A stretch of 64,000 bases of DNA from the NCBI RefSeq assembly GCF_009914755.1, contig NC_060930.1, one strand, 5' to 3'. This document shows, piece by piece, positions 58,551 to 64,000 of the stretch (the stretch's first letter is position 1; every line of letters begins with the position of its first letter). The DNA is from the human T2T-CHM13v2.0 reference genome, Homo sapiens. The notes beneath the pieces were generated by a model that had not been told where the DNA came from, did not search any database, and saw only the letters and a list, made by a program, of their open reading frames with translations. The translations under genes and the position numbers were made by a program.

Positions 58551-59930
58551 GTATCAGCTTATTCCCCTTCATAATGCAGGCTTACACCTTGGGTGGTCTT
58601 TAAACCCTACCTCACTATATTACCACTCACCGTTTTCTCTTTCTTTGCTGATGGTATTTGATAATGAATTTAGCATGTGATGACATCAGGTATTTGTCTT
58701 TCAGTATCTTGAACCTAAAGGCCTCATTTATTTATAGAGTTTAATTTAATTTTTTGATGTACTATTCATATGATATTTGTAGAAAATTGCAAAAGGTTAA
58801 ATAAATCACAGTAATTGAAACCTGTGGTAGGTCACAGAAACATTTTTCACATAATGGCTAATAAAGGAGTCATTTTTCTTACTTTCATCATGTATTTTTT
58901 TTTTCATTTTGAAAAATCAGGAAAGTCTCTATTGTTTTTCTTCTAACTGGTTGCTATTTAAATATCTTCCTTATTTTTTCCAGATAGCACATTTATACCA
59001 GTGGTGTTTACCTTTAGTTCTTAGATTTTAGCTAATGCAGTTGGTTTAATGACTCTAGACCTTATTTAAATATGCAATTTTGATGTAGCACATAAAAACA
59101 TTTGAGAGATATATTTTATCTATAATAGGTTTGCTGAATTAATTCAAATATCAAAGCACTCAATGGTTCATATTTTCTTAATGAAATTGAAGAAGTAAGA
59201 AATTAGTGTACAATATTTTACAATCTTAGTCTTTGCAAAGAGTGTTAATAACCTGGGATTAGTAAAGCAAAATCTGTTAAATTTATGTGTTTTTCTAGTG
59301 GGTGGAACATAGAAATATTTGTTCTTTATTCTTTTTTTTTCTTCTGCTCTGTTTCTCTAATTCATTATCTTCATGTGATGATTCTTATGGTCCATCTTGA
59401 TTTACTTCCCATTCTATTTCTGTTATCACCATTTCCGAAGATTAGAAGTCGGGGAATATGTTATACTTGAAAGAAGATATGTATTCTGTCATCCTTATCT
59501 ATGATCCTGGTAACCTCTAGAGCTCAGATGTTAGTTGCTGGTTGGAAAAGAAGAGAAAAATCTATGCTGGTGGGCAACACTGTTGAATTGCAGGAGTAAT
59601 ATTTTCTTTACTCATAAAGTGTGGCATTTGAAGGCTTTTAGGCCTTAATGAACAAAGTGCATACTAATGCAATTTAAATAGCTAGCCAGGAGGAACTAGT
59701 GCTGTCCAGGGAATCAGACATACACAGTTTCATTTAAGGACAGCTGCAAATGAGATTGTCCCTCTAAGTGGAACAGTAACTAGCATTACATGACCAAGGC
59801 TAGAAAAAGGAAATGGAAATGTCAGTAGGCTGTGTGCAGTTGTTATTGATTTGCATTTAGTTTCTCAGTTTAGTAACCCTTTACATTTTCATAATGCAGA
59901 GAACTAACTATAGAATGTGTATTTTTAAAA

Positions 59931-60554
<624 letters not shown>

Positions 60555-60889
60555 TCAACCCGAAGTAGAGATGATCAGATACAAATTTGGAGGAAAATAA
60601 GATGTTGCATACTCACATGTCTTTTCATTCTCTGTTTATCTTCTACCACCTCACTCACTCTATCCTTCTAACTATCCACTATCTATGTACTGTCTATTTC
60701 TCTCTCTCACTCCCCATATATATATATATAATCTATTATCTATCTAACTATCTAGTTTCCTAGGCTTCTTTTTCATTTGCTCCCCATAACACTTTTTACC
60801 ATCTTCCTTACAAAAGAGAGATGAGTGGTCACTGATCCCATGACCACATTTTGACTTTAGAGGCTTTACAAACAATGTACTGCCTTAGA

Positions 60890-61105
60890 GGCAATGCAGA
60901 GTAACAGTTAGGGCACAGATTCTGGCACTGTATGACCAGAATACGAACAGGAGTGTTGCCACTCACTAGCTTTATATCCTTGGGTACCTCTTTGTGTTTT
61001 AGTTTCTTAATCTGTAAGATGATGATAAAAATAACCTTTACAGTTATTGTGAAGACTAAAGCGTTAATTTCTATAAATTGCTTAGAAGAGTACCTGGCAC
61101 TGTTT
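60890..61105 (+). mobile_element. MIR
   Basis: tgccactcactagc...agtttcttaatctgtaagatg...cttagaagagtacctggcac. Confidence 0.7.
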
Positions 61106-61320
61106 ACTATTATTTGAGGTCAGAAGGAGTCTTTTTTTTTTTTTTTTTTTTTTACCATTACTCTGATACCAGAGACAGAGAAGGGGTCTAAGGGGTCTAT
61201 ATAAACAATCATATCCTGGGCAATAGCATCATTTATTATAGTCTTTAAAGCAAAAATATTATTAAAGTTATTGTTTCGGAATCAAATTATTTCCTCTGAC
61301 TTGCATGTGTATGTGTGCAG

Positions 61321-61399
61321 GTTTCTGTGGATGATCGCCTTAAACAGCTTCAGGAAGCCCACAGAGATTTTGGACCATCCTCTCAGCATTTTCTCTCTA
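61321..61399 (+). CDS. UTRN: Utrophin internal coding exon (paralogous to DMD exon 61), 79 nt, phase 0 to 1
   Basis: atgtgtgcag|GTTTCTGTG...CTCTCTA|gtaagt; [26 protein letters not shown](T), just upstream of the WW domain in dystrophin-family proteins. Confidence 0.96.
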
Positions 61400-63369
61400 G
61401 TAAGTACTAATAAACTGGACTGATCGCATTAATTGAATGAATTAGCATTTTCTTTCACTTTAATTGAAGAAGCCGTATTCCTTGCTATAAATATGTTTAT
61501 TTAGATAGATGCATGTAAGGAGGTACTAACATCAAAGAAAATATTGCTTAATGGTTATTATTTGTAATAACGTAATGACAACTGAGAAGTCTTCAAGGTG
61601 GAACAGAAATGAACTCATCTTTAGCTATGGTTTCTCATTGGAATGTCTGATAACTAACATAGTATCATATCATCATTGCTTTGTCATAGGCAAAGATTAT
61701 GAACTTTTTCATAATAAAGAAATCAGTTTTATCTTTTAAGGTTTTAAATTAATTTTTCTGCTTAAAATGTGCTTATTTAAAACACACCTTCAACTTTCAA
61801 AGTAAAAAAAATCACTCCCCATAAATCTTTAAGTGGGAAGATTTTGATTTATTAGGCTCGCTGCGATTATATTTAGTTTTTCTGCTATTCGAGTATTGCG
61901 TATGTAGCCAAACCACCTATGCAGAATTTTATGTAATATTTTTCAACTGGAATTGATAAATTTATGGACTATTCTTGAGATCTTCAATAAACAATTTGAG
62001 CTTCTACTTTATCATTCACTAGTGAAGATACTAAAGAATGTCGGATTTATAGTCAACCAGATTGAGTTTAAACATTCATTCTGTCGCTTACCAGACCTGT
62101 GAATTTCTGAAGGTTGATTTCTTTGTCTTAAAATACCGTATTACCTATTTCCTCTGATTGTTTTGAGAACTCAATGACAAGGCATATCGAATTACACAAA
62201 GCACCTAGCACAGTTCTTGACACAAATGCTTTCAATAAATATTAATTCCTTTCCTTTCATTTCCTTTAGCAAATATATGTAAGAAAGCAATTTGTTTCAT
62301 TTAATTCAATTTAAGTAAACTTTAAAACTTAGGGCAAAGCTTATTTCTCAATTATGACAGTTTTTTTGCAACTATAACCATAGAAACAGCTAAAAAGTAC
62401 TATATCTTCTAACTAAATTGATTACATTTATATTTCCTCTTAATGTTTTTGTCACTCTTGATAAACTGCCTTACCTCAGTTAAAGGTTGGGCTTTTCTTT
62501 TACAATTTCAAGAATCTTAATCAGTCATTTTCTGCCCCTTCCTGCCCTACACCTCTCTACCTCTCACCCTCCTCACTGCCCCCACCCCTACCTCAACTCC
62601 ATACAGTTTTTCTGTTTCACAAACCTTAGACCTTAGGTAGTTAATCTTTGGTATACGCCTTCCTGGAATATACTGTGTACCTAGATGCCAGGACACATTT
62701 TTAAAGTCCAGATACCATCAATGTTGATGAAGTAAATAGGTTTGCTGTATACTTATTAGATTATTAAGTATTCCAGATTTCTAAAGCTCAGTTTTTCAAA
62801 ATGTAAAGCTATGTACCAAGACCAAATGAAAGAGGAATTTACAAAATAATTGAGACTGTCTTTACAGTTCTAACTATCAGTTATCTTTAATATTGATGAA
62901 ATGCTATACTTTCACCTAGCAATCACTCTCATAGTGGAAATCAAGCACATATTCTTTTGGAAGTGAAATATTGTGAAATTTATACACATTTTTGTAAAAG
63001 TCAAATACATGGCCTTGTATTATCTAACACTGAGAATCCAAGGAGGTAGAAGTTATTCAAATCAAAACAATTATTAAAATGAGTGGGGAAGTGTAAACAA
63101 AGTCCCAATTAATACATTTAATAATTGTTATCCTTTGCTGCTTGGAATCTTTGGCTTTATTATATTTCTTGGACTTCAGCCATGGTTATAAAAGAAGCCT
63201 GTTTAGTTAGGCACAAAATAAAAACTGACCTATTAGCCTGGTGCCAACACTGAAATGAGGTTGGCTCTAATGAGAAATGTAACATACCTACTTCCTCATT
63301 TTCATCCCTGTTTATACTTTGGTGGGCATAGATTGAGAACAGAGTGCTTGCCTTTTATAAAGAGAGGAG

Positions 63370-63575
63370 GAATTGTTGAGTAGAAAAATTGCTCAGCTAG
63401 TGTTCAGAAATTGAGATCACATCTGAGCTTGACCGTTTATTTACTGGCTGTCACTCTTTGGGCAAGTTATTTTATCTCTACACATTTAGTTCCTCATCTA
63501 TCAAATGGAACTTTAACGTGTATCTTGCTGGCTTCCTTACCGAAAACATATATTTGAAAATGCTTGGCAAAGTTT
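63370..63575 (+). mobile_element. MIR
   Basis: ttgggcaagttattttatctc...agttcctcatctatcaaatgg. Confidence 0.65.
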
Positions 63576-64000
63576 AGAATGCTGAATAGTTGTAAGATAT
63601 TAATGTGACATGAAATTGAGAAAAAAAGTATTGGTGACAACTGGCTACGTGAGGATCTGATGATATTTGCAAAGTATGAAAATTCCAAGTATTATTTGAA
63701 TTTTTATATTTGTTCATTTAGCAAAATTCTTTTATGGCACTAAATTCACATGTACTATTCTTCTTAAATAAGTCTTAAAATAATTGGTTAATGTAGGAAT
63801 AATATATTTTTTATAAGTAAGAAGTAACTAGAATTGTAAAAAAAAAAAAAAAAAAAAAAGTACCTCAATTTAAAAACCCCATAAAATCTCAGTCATAGTA
63901 AGGTCTAGTGCAAAAGTAGGAGACTGGGCTCTCTGTATGTTTCAGATGAAAGTAAGAAATTGGGATTTTTCTGCCTAGACGATTGCCTTGGTTCTTCACA

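Overview
Human/hominoid genomic DNA, almost entirely intronic, from inside the utrophin gene (UTRN, + strand). Five canonical AG/GT coding exons (6711-6867, 36980-37109, 54844-55112, 58404-58550, 61321-61399; 157/130/269/147/79 nt) splice into one open frame. They encode the last spectrin-like repeats and the start of hinge 4, and are paralogous to DMD exons 57-61. The rest is typical primate intron: about 25 Alus (several compound), L1/L2/MIR fragments, MaLR LTRs, hAT/Tigger DNA-transposon fossils and microsatellites. The most notable extra elements are (i) an old nuclear mitochondrial insertion (3' 12S rRNA plus 5' tRNA-Val) that begins inside the MOTS-c reading frame, (ii) a cluster of RBFOX and bipartite QKI motifs around the 79-nt exon, (iii) inverted Alu pairs bracketing exons and an exon block that would form a stop-free circle, and (iv) a diverged 253-bp tandem duplication. 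I cannot establish a new biological system from sequence alone; the findings are testable hypotheses. Repeat subfamily calls come from recalled consensus sequences and their boundaries are approximate.
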